Positions 17,866 through 30,462 of a stretch of DNA of 64,000 nucleotides are shown piece by piece (within the stretch, counting starts at the first letter, position 1; each line of letters opens with the position of its first letter). A model generated the notes under the pieces. The model was not told where the DNA came from and did no database searches. It saw only the letters and a list, made by a program, of their open reading frames with translations. This stretch comes from the human T2T-CHM13v2.0 reference genome, Homo sapiens. The position numbers and the translations under genes were made by a program. Where the stretch lies: NCBI RefSeq assembly GCF_009914755.1, contig NC_060925.1; one strand, 5' to 3'.

Positions 17866-19113
17866 TAGCATAAGTTAAGATGTATATCCCCATCTTTAAT
17901 TTTGGGGAAGACTTTGTGTAGAATTGGTATTATTTTATTCTTAAATATTTGGTAGAATTCACTAGTGAAGCCATCTGTACTTGGAGTTTGTGCCCTAGTG
18001 CTAAGCAAAAATTTGTTAGATATGACAGCAAAATCATGATCCAAAAAAGAAAAAAAATGATAAATTGAATTTCGTTAAAATTAAGAACTTCTGTTCTTTG
18101 ACGGACAGTATTAGTAGAATGAAAGATAAACCACAGATTAAATGAATATGTTTGCAAATAACATCTGATAAAATAACTGTATTCAGAATAAAGAACTCTC
18201 AAAATGCAATAATAAAAATAGAGAACCCAATAAAAGTGGGCAAAATGTTTGAATAGATATTTCACCAAAAAAAGATGCATGGATGGCAAGTAGGCACAGA
18301 AAAAGATGCTCAAGATTACTATCATTAGCTAAATGTAAATTATTACCATAATAGAATACTATTACACATTTGTTAGAATATCTAAAATTAAAAATTAAAA
18401 GGATTGATCATACTAAAGTACTGGTGAGAGTGTGGAACAATTAGAACCCTCATACTGTTGGGAATGTAAAATGTTAGACTATCTTAGAAAAACAGCTTGG
18501 CAATTTCTTTAAAAATTAAACATATATGTCTCATATGATCCAGCCATTCTACTCCTAGGATTCACCCAAGTTAAATGAAAGCATAAAATCGTACAAAGAC
18601 CTGTATACGAATACTCACAGTAGCTTTACTGTAATAGCCAAAATTGGAAATATTGTAAATATTGATCAGCAGGTGAATGTGTACACATAGCCATACAATG
18701 AAATACTACTCAACAATAAAAACCAGTGAACTCTTGATATGTGAAACAACATGGATTAATCTAAAAATAATTATGCAGAGTGAAAGAAGCCATACCAAAT
18801 AAGAATACATACTGCTTGAGCCCATCATTTAAATTCAATGAAATGCAAGCTAAACTATAGTGACAGAAAGCAGGCACATCATTGACTAGGACTTGGTGGG
18901 CAAGGAGGGGCATGAGGGAAAGATTACAAAGGAGCAAGAGGAAACTTTTTAAGGTGATGAATATATTCATTATTGTAATTGTACTGATGGTTTTGTGTGT
19001 ACATAAATTTTAAAAATTATTGCACACTTAAATATGTCAACTATCTTTAATAAAGCTGATAAAATATTAAATACTTCAGAAATACTAGAAAGGAAATAAA
19101 AAGTCTAACCATA

Positions 19114-19660
19114 TGTGATGGTTTATTTCAGGTGTCAACTCGACTGAACTGGGGGATGCTTCTGGATGTGTCTGTGAGGGTGTTTCCAGAAGAGATTAAC
19201 CTGTGAGTCAGTGGACTGACAGAAGAAGACCCACTCTCAATGTGGGCAGGCACCGTACGATCAGTTGGGGGCCTAGGGATGAGAAAAAACAGGGGAAAAA
19301 AGAGGTGATTGGTGATTCTCTCTATCTCCCTCCCTCTTCTCTCTTTCCCTCCATCCCTTTCTCCTCCCCCGACACTCCTTTCCTGGAGCAGGATACTTGT
19401 TCTCCTTCTGCCTTTGGACACAAGACTCCAAGTTTTTCAGCTTTTGGACTCAGCAACTTGCACCAGAGGTTTCCCAGGGCTCTGGTGCCTGACTGGGAAG
19501 CTGGACTGTCAGCTTCCCTGGTTCTGGGGTTCCTGAACATGGACTGAGCCACTACTGGATTCTCTTCTCCTTGGTGATACCATGAGCCAATTTCCCTTAA
19601 TAAATCCCCTTCCATATATCCTACTGGTTCTGTTTCTCTTAGAGAACACTGATTAATACA
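19114..19660 (+). mobile_element. MLT2 (ERV-L) solo LTR
   Basis: TGTGATGGTT...GTGTCAACT start, GATTAATACA end, 5-bp TSD CCATA/CCATG. Confidence 0.88.
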
Positions 19661-19929
19661 CCATGAATGGGGAGAAGATAATTGCCACATATACAGGCTA
19701 GAAAAAGTTAGGATTTAGCAAATATGCAGAGCCCCTAGGAATCAGTAAGAAAAATGTTAACAACTCAATACAGAAGTGGATAAAAGTAATGGAGAGAAAT
19801 GTCACATAAGTGGCTCTCAAACATATAAAATTTTATACACATTTTTTTCAGCACACAAATTAAAACCACTTTTCAGATTGGTTAAACTAGACTTTTGGAA
19901 ACACTGGTTTTACTGGTTATTGTTCTGGA

Positions 19930-20190
19930 ATGAGACAGATCTGGGTTGAAATGAAGTATATATGGTTCTTGATTTCCTAGGTATAAAAATTTGGGCAAGT
20001 TATATTACCTGTATCTGTCTGATCTTCATTTTGTGAAATGGGAATATAACAGGTCTTTAGATATATTACTTCATATAATTCACAAAACAGTCAATTGTTG
20101 TGCGAATTATGTGAAGTAATATATTTAAAGGGTTTTAGTGCAGAGCCTGGTAGATAAGATAAGCTTTTGTAAATTTTAGTTACAATTACA
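19930..20190 (+). mobile_element. MIR
   Basis: CTGGGTTGAAAT...TTGGGCAAGTTA...GTGAAATGGGAATA core. Confidence 0.65.
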
Positions 20191-21239
20191 ATTGTTGGTG
20201 GTGAGGTTGTGATTTTGTAGCCCAGAGGTCAGCTGGGGCCATTCAGCTACTTAACTCTACAAAAAGTTGATTCCAATCCCAATTACATGGATTTTATATC
20301 CAAAACTTTCCCCATGATTTTATACACACCTCTTATAGGTTTATATTTACATATACAGGTCATATATTTTCTGAGACTCTCTGGTTTTCTGATTTCCTGT
20401 CTGTCAAGAGTTTTTGGTCTTTGTTCGATAATATCTTACAGCTATTCATTTCTCTGTCATAATTTTAAGTCAAAGGTGAAAATGCCCTTTATACTTTATC
20501 ATTTCCTTCAGAGTAACCACAAAGATGGGCCGTTGCTTGTAGCAAAACTTTAATTGAAGATTTGGGGGCTACCTTAAGTGATACATAGGAAACAACTCAG
20601 AATCAATTGTTAGATCCTTTATCTGCAATAGCTGCTCCTGACTCCTTCAATCTTACTAATTTTCCCTTTCTATCTCCCTTCTTTCCAGATTACTCTTAAT
20701 TTTGAATTCTCCTTTAATTAAACAGACCATTTCAGCTCTCTAGCCACTCCTACACTTGCATAGTTACTGATAAAACAAATGGCTTTTATTTAGCAAGAGT
20801 CATTGTTTCTTAGAGAATACATGTGGTTATAAGTAGTATATAATAAAATGTTTGGAAATAAAAAAGTAAAAATCACCTTAATGTTCTGCAGTGGTTCTGC
20901 CATATCCAACAGATAGTATTTAAATAGCAACTTCAACTTATAGGTCAGAAAAACTAAGAAATTATATTTGAATTCATTCTCTTTAATTAGACCCTGAATA
21001 ATTATTTAACATAATTTTTAAAAGAAATTAAACTTGAGTTTCCTTCTTTATCCTTTCTGTGTTTCCAAATAATCATGAGTTATAGTGGTAAGACCCTCTA
21101 ACACATCTGTGTGAAGTTCAGTGAAACACTGGCTTGGGAATCTAGAGCCTTGGTTTCAGTCCTGTTTTTTTCTCAGACGATTTAACAAATCCACTTAACC
21201 TAACTCTCTGTTTTCTCTATTTTCAAAATGGAGTGGAGA

Positions 21240-21731
21240 GCATTCATTTTCTACTGCTGCTGTAACAAATTACTATAAAGTTTGTGGCTTAAAACAACAC
21301 AAAATCGTCTTATAGTTCAGAAGGTTAGAAGCCTAACACAGGTCTCACTGGGCTAAAATCAAGATGTGAGAAGGGTTGTGTTCCTTTCTGGAGACTAGAG
21401 GAGAATTGGTTTCCCTGTTCTTTCTACCTCCTAGAGGCTGCCCATATTCCACAATTATTGGCCCCCTTCCTCCATCTTCAAAGCCAGCAATGGCATTGAG
21501 TGCTTCTTACAGCTCATCACTCTTACTTCCTCTTCAGCCTCTCTCTTCCACTTTTAAGGACCTTTGTGATTACAGTGGGTGCACAGGGATAGTCCAGGAT
21601 AATCTCCCTATTTTCACATGAACTAATTAGAAAAAATTTAATTTTCCTTTTTCATGCAAGGTACCATATTCACAAACTGTAGGAATTAGGACATGGACAT
21701 CTTTGGGAGAGGCATAATTCTGCCTACCACA
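21240..21731 (-). mobile_element. MLT1 (C/D-type) solo LTR
   Basis: Ends TTCTGCCTACCACA (reverse complement TGTGGTAGGCAGAA); GCTGCTGTAACAAATTAC...GGCTTAAAACAACAC. Confidence 0.8.
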
Positions 21732-21885
21732 TCAGGTTGACAGAATATTTCTAGTATGTTTAATCCAAAATGTCTACGACTTCATAATAAAGCTCACCAC
21801 ATGTTTTTTAGGGGGAAAGGGATACTCCAAACAGCTCTACTGAGAAGAAATATTTTCTTTACTAACACTGTTAAATAAATCCTCT

Positions 21886-22340
21886 GTAGTGGACATTGTT
21901 GTGTGTATTTTTTGTTTATGTTTATTTTTTTTTCCTAAGTGTTCAACTTCTACTCCATCTTCTTTGGTAATGAAAAATTTCTGCTCTACCACTGATGAGT
22001 CCCATGGGACTGCTAATCATTTGCCTTGCTCTGGGTAAGAAGCAGAAATGTAAACCAAGGTAGGCCAATTGAACTGTTTCCTTAAAAAGTGAATTGTGGA
22101 AAAAGGAACAAAACTGAATAGCCTTTGTTTTTGTTTGCATTCCGTTGGCTACATTAGGGGAAAATGTCAGGCAGCAACTGCTATTTCAACTCTTTGGAGC
22201 TGCCTAGTTCCTGAGTGTGCCAAGCCTGGTTCTTTAGTTTTTGCATTCCCTTCTATATGCAGCTATATATTCGTCCAATAAATTTGTTTTGCTTATATTA
22301 GTTAGAGTCCATTTCTAGCATTCAGTCAGTCAAATTAATA
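21886..22340 (+). mobile_element. Old ERVL-class LTR (LTR33/LTR16-like)
   Basis: TGTAGTGGACA start; AATAAATTTGTTTTGCTTA...AGAGTCCATTTCT end. Confidence 0.4.
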
Positions 22341-22546
22341 TTCCTCTTTCTTTCTTGACTTTTATGACTGTTTCCTTGTTCTCTCCGAACTTGTCTGATC
22401 ACTACAGGCTCCTACTATACCAGACTCCATTTCTTCTCTGTTCCATAGCTATCTATTCTTAGCTGCCTTTTTTCTCTATATTTTCTATTTCATTCATAGT
22501 TGTGGTTTTGACTCTCATCTTTATACTAAATTCACAACTCATGTAT

Positions 22547-23840
22547 ATTTTTAAATTTACTTTTATTTCAATAAGTTTGCAGGGAGCAGGTGGTGTTTGG
22601 TTGCATGAATAAGTTCTTTAGTGGTGATTTCTGAGATTTTGGTGCATCCATCACCCGAGCAGTGTACACTGTACGAAATGTGTAGTGTTTTTTTGTTTTG
22701 TTTTGTTTTTGTTTTTTTGAGACGGAGTCTCACTCTGTTGCCAGGCTGGAATGCTGTGGCACGATCTTGGCTCACTGAAACCTCCGACTCCCTGGTTCAA
22801 GCTATTCTCCTGCTTCAGCTTCCTGAGTAGCTGGGATTACAGGCACATGCCACCACGCCCGGCCAATTTTTGTATTTTTAGTAGAGATGGAGTTTCACTA
22901 TGTTGGCCAGGATGGTCTTGATCTCCTGACCTCGTGATCCGCCCACCTTGGCCTCCCAAAGTGCTGGGATGACAGGCATGAGCCACCATGCCCAGCCCCC
23001 AATGTGTAGTCTTTTATCCCTCACCCTCTCCCACCCTTTCCCCCTACTCCCCAAAGTCCAATGTATCATTCTTATGCATTTGTGTCCTCATGGCTTAGCT
23101 CCCACTTATGAGTGAGAACAAATGATGTTTGGTTTTCTATTCCTGAGTTACTTCACTTGGAATAATAGTCTCCAATTCCATCCAGGTTGCTGCAAATGCC
23201 ATTATTTCATTCCTTTTTATGGCTGAGTAGTATTTCATGGTATATATATCCCACATTTTCTTTATCCACTTGTTGATTGATGCGCTTCTGGGGTGATTCC
23301 ATAGTTTTGCAATTGTAAATTGTGCTGCTATAAACATGCAAGTGCAAGTATCTTTTTCATATAATTATTTCTTTTCCTCTGGGTAGATACCTAGTAGTGG
23401 AATTGTTGGATCAAACAGTAGATCTACTTTTAGTTCTTGAAGGAATCTCCACACTGTTTTCCATAGTGGTTGTTTTAGTTTACATTCCCACCAATAGTGT
23501 AAAAGTGTTCCCTTTCACCATATCCATGCCAACATCTATTTCTTTTTATTTTTTGATTATGGCCATTCTTGCAGGAGGGGTAAGGTGGTATTGCATTGTG
23601 GTTTTGATTTGCATTTCCCTGGTAATTAGTGATGTTGAGCATTTTTACATATGCTTGTTGGCCATTTGTATATATTCTTTTGAGAATTGTCTATTCACGT
23701 CCTTTGCCCACTTTTTGATGGGGTTGTTTTTTCTTTCTGATTTGTTAGAATTCTTCATAGATTCTGGGTATTAGTCCTTTGTTGGATGTATAGATTGTGA
23801 AGACTTTGTCTGTTAACTATGCCGATTATTTCTTTTGCTG
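22547..23840 (-). mobile_element. L1PB-type 3' end (3' half of the ERV/L1 chimera)
   Basis: L1PB-type 3'UTR (AAGTTCTTTAGTGGTGATTTCTGAGATTTTGGTGCA); ORF2 C-terminal remnant at 23137-23337. Confidence 0.85.
22692..22998 (-). mobile_element. AluS (Sc-like) nested in L1PB
   Basis: TSD AATGTGTAGT(G/C)TTTT at 22677-22691 and 23001-23015. Confidence 0.92.
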
Positions 23841-25223
23841 AGCCAACTGAATTATACAACCCCTTTTAAAAAAATCCTTTTTACTAACCTTATTATGACT
23901 TACATAGAACATTTACAACATGCTTAGACTTTCTGTTTTGTCCTAAATATCCCTTTTTCTTGAACAACCCATTTTATTGTAGGACAAAAATTTACCAAAC
24001 AGGATTCTTTCTAGTATAAAATGACTTTCCTTTTTACCTTTCTATCAAAAGCACCTCTCTATATTTTTAACCTTTTTACATTTCTTATTTTTTGGTTCCT
24101 TTTATCTTGTTTTATACATAACCCTTAAATAAGCTTTCAGTTAGACAAATACATTTACCTTTTCATAAGAACATTAAAAATTTTTTTCCTATAATTTTTA
24201 ATTGGAAATTACCCAGATACTTAATATTTATTAATAACATTAGATCCTAAATTATATAACATGTTTGTTTACAGGCATTTGTTTATTCTATTACATTTAC
24301 CTGATCGATTGATTTATTAAATAATTTACCTAGATTATTTACAAAAACTGTGATAGTCATTCTTTATTTCCCTGTTAACTATTTTTATAGCTGTGAATTT
24401 TAGGTGTTTACTTAAGTAAGAAACTTAAGGTTAAATATAAGGGTATTTTTACCAATAACTTGGGATTTAGCTGTTTTCATTAAACCAAGAATATTCCATG
24501 TCTTACTTGTCGAAAATTATACAAGCAAAGATCATTTTGTCTTGAGCTGGATTTTATAGTTTTATAACCCTTATGGCTTATAGTATTCTGCCAAAGTAAG
24601 CACAAAACCACTTGATCAAAAATGCTATAGTTTTATAACCCTTATGGCTTATAGAATTCTGCAGGAGTGAGCACAAAACCAGTAGATCAAAAATGCTAAC
24701 AATTTTTAAGACATCTCTAATATTATTTTACCAATAATTTTAAAGCCAGATTATTTTATTAAAAATTTTACTTAAATCACATTAACTTGAAAAAGCATTT
24801 GACTAGTCTTTTCTTTTGATTATCCGATTTAAGTGCTTTTATATTTTAGCCAATTAGCTAGAGCTGTTTTATATATTTTTAGTACTGAAACATTGTGTAC
24901 ACAACACAAATACATAGACATATTTGTGCATGCTAATAGAAATACATCTTATAGATTCATAAGACCTTTTTTCTTTTTTTTTTTTTTTTCCTATCTTAGG
25001 CTTTTAAATTCTTGATAACCTGTTTCACTATTCAGGCAGTTGTCAGCTAAGTGGCCTTAAATTTGCATATTAAAGGAAACAACTCTTAGGGGAAAATCAG
25101 ATAGCAAAATTTACATCTCAAGGTACTGAGAGAGAAAGTCTGGTGTGCTAGAGGGAAGTTAAAACAGATTTAATTGCCAATTAAACAAAAAATTATAGAA
25201 ATTATAAGGACCTTTTAAATACA

Positions 25224-25281
<58 letters not shown>

Positions 25282-26478
25282 GACCCTATAGCTTTTACTT
25301 CAGAACTTTAGCCATGAGATAAATACAAATTCCTTGGGTTGCCAAAAAAAAAAAAAAAAAAAACACCTCTTAGACCCAAACAGTGTTTATCTCAGTGGAA
25401 AAGTAACAGCAGATTTAAAGTAGGAAAAAACGAAAATAGAAAAAAAAGAGAACTTAGGAACTCTGTCGTTTGCAGGTCGATCTTAAGGCTTTTTTTCCTT
25501 AATGTAAATGTGCACAAAGACCATATTACTTCCATTTTACACAAACTCTGGCAAGTAGAGGCACCACAAAACCTAGAGTGCTTGAAGGGAGGCTATTCTC
25601 CTTGTTTTCTCCTCATTCTTAGATTATTTGTTTCCCACACTTTTTATTTTATTTTATTTTAAAGGAGGAATTGAGCTGTGGCCTAGGGCTTTTGTGGAGT
25701 GGATTGAAGTGTTTGCTGCTTGCGAGCAGGACTCTACAGTGAGTCGTTGCCACTGTCTTATGTGTCTCAGTTTTTCTCTCTGGAGATCTAAGCCCCTCCA
25801 GATGGGCTCAAAGTATGGAGTGATCAGCTCCTATATGTGCTTCCTGGACAAGCCTTTTTAAAACTAATTTTGTTGGGGGTTCCCTGTAGGGCTGCCGCAC
25901 CCCAGACACTCCCATGAGGCCCCTGGCCACCCAGGGGTGCTTTTCAGGTGGGAGGAGCAAATACCCTTTCTCTTTGGAGCTGAAGAAACGCAGTCTCTCA
26001 TTTACCTATGAAAACAACAATTCAGTTCCTCACTCAAATGTGCACCAGGCCAAATTGAGATTAATTTTGGGAGAAAAGCAATGGAGAAGACTCTTTGAAT
26101 GCTAGAATTAAATTAGGATCGGAGCTAGAATTAGGATCCTTAAACAGCAACTTCCTAGGAGAAAAAAAAACCAGCTCAGAATAGATCAAGGACCCTCAAC
26201 CAAAGGGAGGTGCGGGCTCAGGAGGACACATGAGCTCCACCAGAGGAGAAGCTCAAAGTCAGGGAGGCTTCAGTGGGCCCCTGCTGGTACCTTAGCACTG
26301 AGTTTGGGCAACTCCTGTGGGGTCCTGAGTCTTCTCTGAGGCCCAACATGTTTGGGTGCCAAAATATTGTTAACAAAAAGTCAAACTGTACAATATTTTG
26401 AAGAGATTTATTCTGAGCCAAATATGAGTGACCATGGCCCATGACACAGCCCTCAGGAGGCCCTGAGAACATATGACC
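23841..26478 (-). mobile_element. MER4-group ERV1: LTR 3' part (26368-26478), PBS and ~2.5 kb internal region
   Basis: LTR end ...GGCTCAGAATAAATCTCTTC...TTGTTAACA; degenerate Lys-like PBS TGGCACCCAAACATGTTGGG (~26342-26361); AT-rich MER4-int-like body. Confidence 0.8.
25221..25278. repeat. (CA)n microsatellite
   Basis: Direct reading; one interruption. Confidence 0.95.
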
Positions 26479-26828
26479 CACAACTCATGTATTTATCTAA
26501 CTTTATATTTTCCTGCTGTTCATCATCCCCATATAGAAGTCCCACTACCAACTCGAACTCAGTATGACCCAAGTTACACGTCTCTCACTAATTTAAAAAA
26601 GTTTTTTTCCCTTTTATTCCTGATCTCATTATCCACTCACTCAGGATAGAAAATTGATTGAGAGCTCTAAGTTTTTCTTTTCACTATATTGGGCATCTGC
26701 CGTTTTTGTCTACTCCATATGATGGTTTCTTCTAGAAAATTATACTTATCTCATTTCATGTCAACCATGGGGTCCTCTCTTCATAGGAATGTGAATGTTA
26801 CCCATACAGAACCAATATGTGTAATATA

Positions 26829-27165
26829 CAGGTTGGATCCCTAATCCAAAAATCAAAAATGCTCCAAAAGCCAAACTTTTTGAGCACCAACATGATGCCA
26901 TGAGTGGAAAATCCCATACCTGACCTCATGTGACAGGTTGAAGTCAAAATGCAGTTAAAAACTTTGTTTCATGCACAAAATGATTTAAAATATTGTGTAA
27001 AATTACCTTCAGGATGTGTATAAGGAATACATGAAATGTAAATGAATTTTGTGTTTGCACTTGGATCCCATCCTCAAGATGTCTCATTATGTATATGCAA
27101 ATAATCCAGAATCCAAAATCTGGAAACATTTTTGGTCTTAAGCATTTTGGATAAGGGATATTCAC
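26829..27165 (+). mobile_element. Tigger4/Zombi-type MITE
   Basis: TA-CAGGTTG...ATCCCTAATCCAAAAATC start and GGATAAGGGATATTCA end. Confidence 0.75.
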
Positions 27166-27767
27166 TTAACTTTATACTACACAGATGCTGGGAAAGAAAA
27201 GGCATTATTGTTTAGATTGTTAAGATGGGAGGATGTAAACTTGTCATGTGGAGAGAGCCTGTTTGGCAGAATACAGTCAAATATATGAACAGAATAAGGA
27301 TTAATATGTAGAGATATCCATCCTTGGATCTATCTAATCCTAAAACCATGTCCAACCTAAATTTTCTAGTTCTGTGACCTAGTAAGTTCTGCTTATTTTT
27401 TCTTATGCTAGTTTGAATTGGGCTTCTATCACTTGTATTATGCTAAGGAGTCTTAACACTTACCAAATTCTATAGATCTTAACATTCAAGTATCTGACAT
27501 GGATCCTTTCTTTTTTCTTCCACTGATATACTGTTGAATGATTTCCTGTCATTCTTCTACTACAATAGTCATCTTGCTGCCAATCTATTGTTTCTCCAAC
27601 ATATCCATCACATTACTATTAAAGATACCTTATTAATAAAATGTGGGATTATATTACTTCTCTCTTTAAATATCTTCAAGTTCTCTATTGCATAATAAAC
27701 AAGCCTATATTTCTTAAGTGGCATTTAAGGTTTCCCCAAATAAATACAATCTGATCTGAACCTACTA

Positions 27768-27900
27768 TTTATTCATTTATTCACTCATTCAGCAAATATT
27801 TATTGAGTACCTACTATATACGAGGCATAATGCTAGATATAGCAGATACAGTGATGACAAAATCAAAATTCCTCCATACATAGCTTACATTCCAGTGGGA
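27768..27900 (-). mobile_element. L2 3' end
   Basis: ATTCATTCAGCAAATATTTATTGAGTACCTAC-like sequence. Confidence 0.6.
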
Positions 27901-28334
27901 AAGTCGCAACTCTTACTACATCTTTCCATAACATCGGGTCTAGTATGACCTGGGGATAATTTCCATGGAAACCTCTGCTCAAGCTGTTCTTAGTTCTCAA
28001 TGATCTTGCCCATCTGTCAAACATCAAAATTCAATGCTAAATTATCTATGATTTAATGGCACTTACTTTTATGTTTCCTGAGTAGTTGTTTACATTTATG
28101 CTATAGTACAAATTTATCTTATATAATTACTGATTTATTTATTCATCTTGCCTTACACAAAAACTTCTTGAGGACAAGGAATTGATTTTGTTCATTTTTG
28201 TCCCTTTCATAATACTTTGCATATAATACAAACTCATTATTATTCTATTTGTTGTAATCAAATTTGTTGAATGATTTTGTTGAAACATAAACATGAGGAA
28301 ATAGAATGTTATTGAGGACTGGGGGACACAGTTA

Positions 28335-28550
28335 TAGTTACTGAGTGCCTATCACATAACAAAAGTTATCCTAGGTGTTTTTCATAGACTATATGATTTA
28401 ATTCATATAACTTCACACCACAGGAAACTAAGTCAAGGGAAATGAAATAATTTAGATATTTCGTAGATATTTTGTCGTAGATACTGGCCAAACCAGAACA
28501 TGAACCCAGATATTTCTGACTAAAATGCTCAAAGCTTTTCTACTTCACTA
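28335..28550 (-). mobile_element. MIR
   Basis: AGGAAACTAAG...TGAACCCAGA antisense core. Confidence 0.5.
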
Positions 28551-28903
28551 CATAACATTCTATTTTGTCACTATCAATCCTATAAATGTATTAATAATTT
28601 TAATTTTGTGGACCAGATTTTCCCCTTTTCACCTTGATCAAAGATAATGTGATTATAAAGGCTGAGATTTTGTGAAAGCTTTTGTGCCATGTTTGATTTC
28701 AAAAATCAGCAAACATTTTGTAAATTTGGGTGTTATTTTTGTCTTACAGGTACATGTCAAAAAATGCATAACACTGAAATAACAGAGATTTAGGCATAGT
28801 TTTGATAAATACACTAGTATAATTAGAATATCCCAAACATAAACTTTTCTGAAAGAGAGAATTTCATATTAAGAAAAAAAGTTGGTTTTGTGGCCCCTCG
28901 TCC

Positions 28904-28906
<3 letters not shown>

Positions 28907-28967
<61 letters not shown>
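28907..28967. repeat. (TA)23 followed by T15
   Basis: Direct reading. Confidence 0.95.
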
Positions 28968-29450
28968 CCTTAAAGCTTTCAGTTTGTATCCCAGTCCCTC
29001 TGTGAAACACAGAAGCTATAATTCCACTTTGGCACTAGGTCATTTTTGTTAATATTTTGGTTACTCAACCAGAGTCAATTGTTTTAGTTTCCCTATCTGT
29101 AAAGGAATATCCAAAAAGATGAATACTGAAACTCAGATAAAAAAAAATTCATCATTGAACAAAAGGATTAGAATTACGCCCAACAAGAAAACTTTGTACT
29201 GTATTAGAATGATTTAAAACAATTATCATATTTGTAATTTATTGGCCATAAAATTACTTCCTCATTTTGGAAATATTACTTTGCTGTTTGCCTGGTATTT
29301 AATGTGGTATCTTTTGGTTTGGTATATACCATACAATAATAAAATATTAGACAACATGGATGATTAATTATCATTCAAAAAAATTGTAATTCTATGATGG
29401 TTAAATTCTCACTTGCATTTATTTCATGTAAAATATGATATAAAAACAAA

Positions 29451-30462
29451 ATTAGCTTACCCCTGCTCTGGTTTAAGGAAGATTATACTTTAAAAGTATA
29501 GTTTGCTAAATAGTTTTTAACTAGTTAACATCCACGATCATTTATTTGTAATTACATACAAGTTGTTTTTCATTATTGGTCACTCTAAGATAAACAAGTA
29601 CTTCTGACATACATTGTTTTGAGGGTGCTTTACTTTAAAAGGACTTGGAATCAAGTTGGCAATATAAGTAGAAACTACAAAATAAATTCGAATAAAAATT
29701 TACTAACTTTCTCCCCTTTTCTCACTCCTGAGTAAAGAGGTGGCTCTAGACAGAAGAGTGCCAAGGTTCTTTGTTCATAAACCTTAGTTTTCTTATCTGC
29801 AGAATACGGATTTAAAAACCTAATCTTAATGAGGATTAGATTATGTTTGTTTCAGAGTGAGAGCATATAATCTAGAGCTCTGCCTCTTACCACTTGAGTG
29901 ACCTTGGCCAACTTACTTCACTTCTTTGAACCTTTGTTCTACTCATTTGTAAAATGGGGCTAACATAGTTATCTGGCTTATGTAGGTTTGCAGCTACCAC
30001 TGGTATAATTTTCCCTTTTACACAGCGCTACATGTTCTCAGATTAGCAAAAATATTATATGGAAGGGGACTCAAAATCTTTTCTCTGAATGAGTCCCTTC
30101 TTACTGCATCTGCTTTCCTAGGGAAACAAAATTACACAGTTCCATCTCTGTTTGTGTCTAGGGTACAGCAGTCATTCGTGGCAAAGGATAGAAATTGCCC
30201 CATGAAACCTCCAATTATTCATGAATAACTGGACAGTTGAAATTTCTGCCCCCTCCAGAATGTTAAAAAACCAGTTCATAAAACATAGTCTTCTAGATGC
30301 TACATAAACAATGAATTCCTATAGAAAACTCTTCTAATAATGAAAAACAACTTGTTTGTAATTACAAATAAATGATTGTGCATGTTAACTAATTAAAAAC
30401 TATTTACCAAACTATACTTTTAAAGTATAATCTTCCTTAAAGCAGAGCAAAAGCAAGCTAAT
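29451..30462. repeat. Inverted repeat, 127-bp arms (29451-29577 and 30336-30462)
   Basis: Manual alignment: 6 mismatches over the 114-bp core; 758-bp spacer. Confidence 0.92.
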
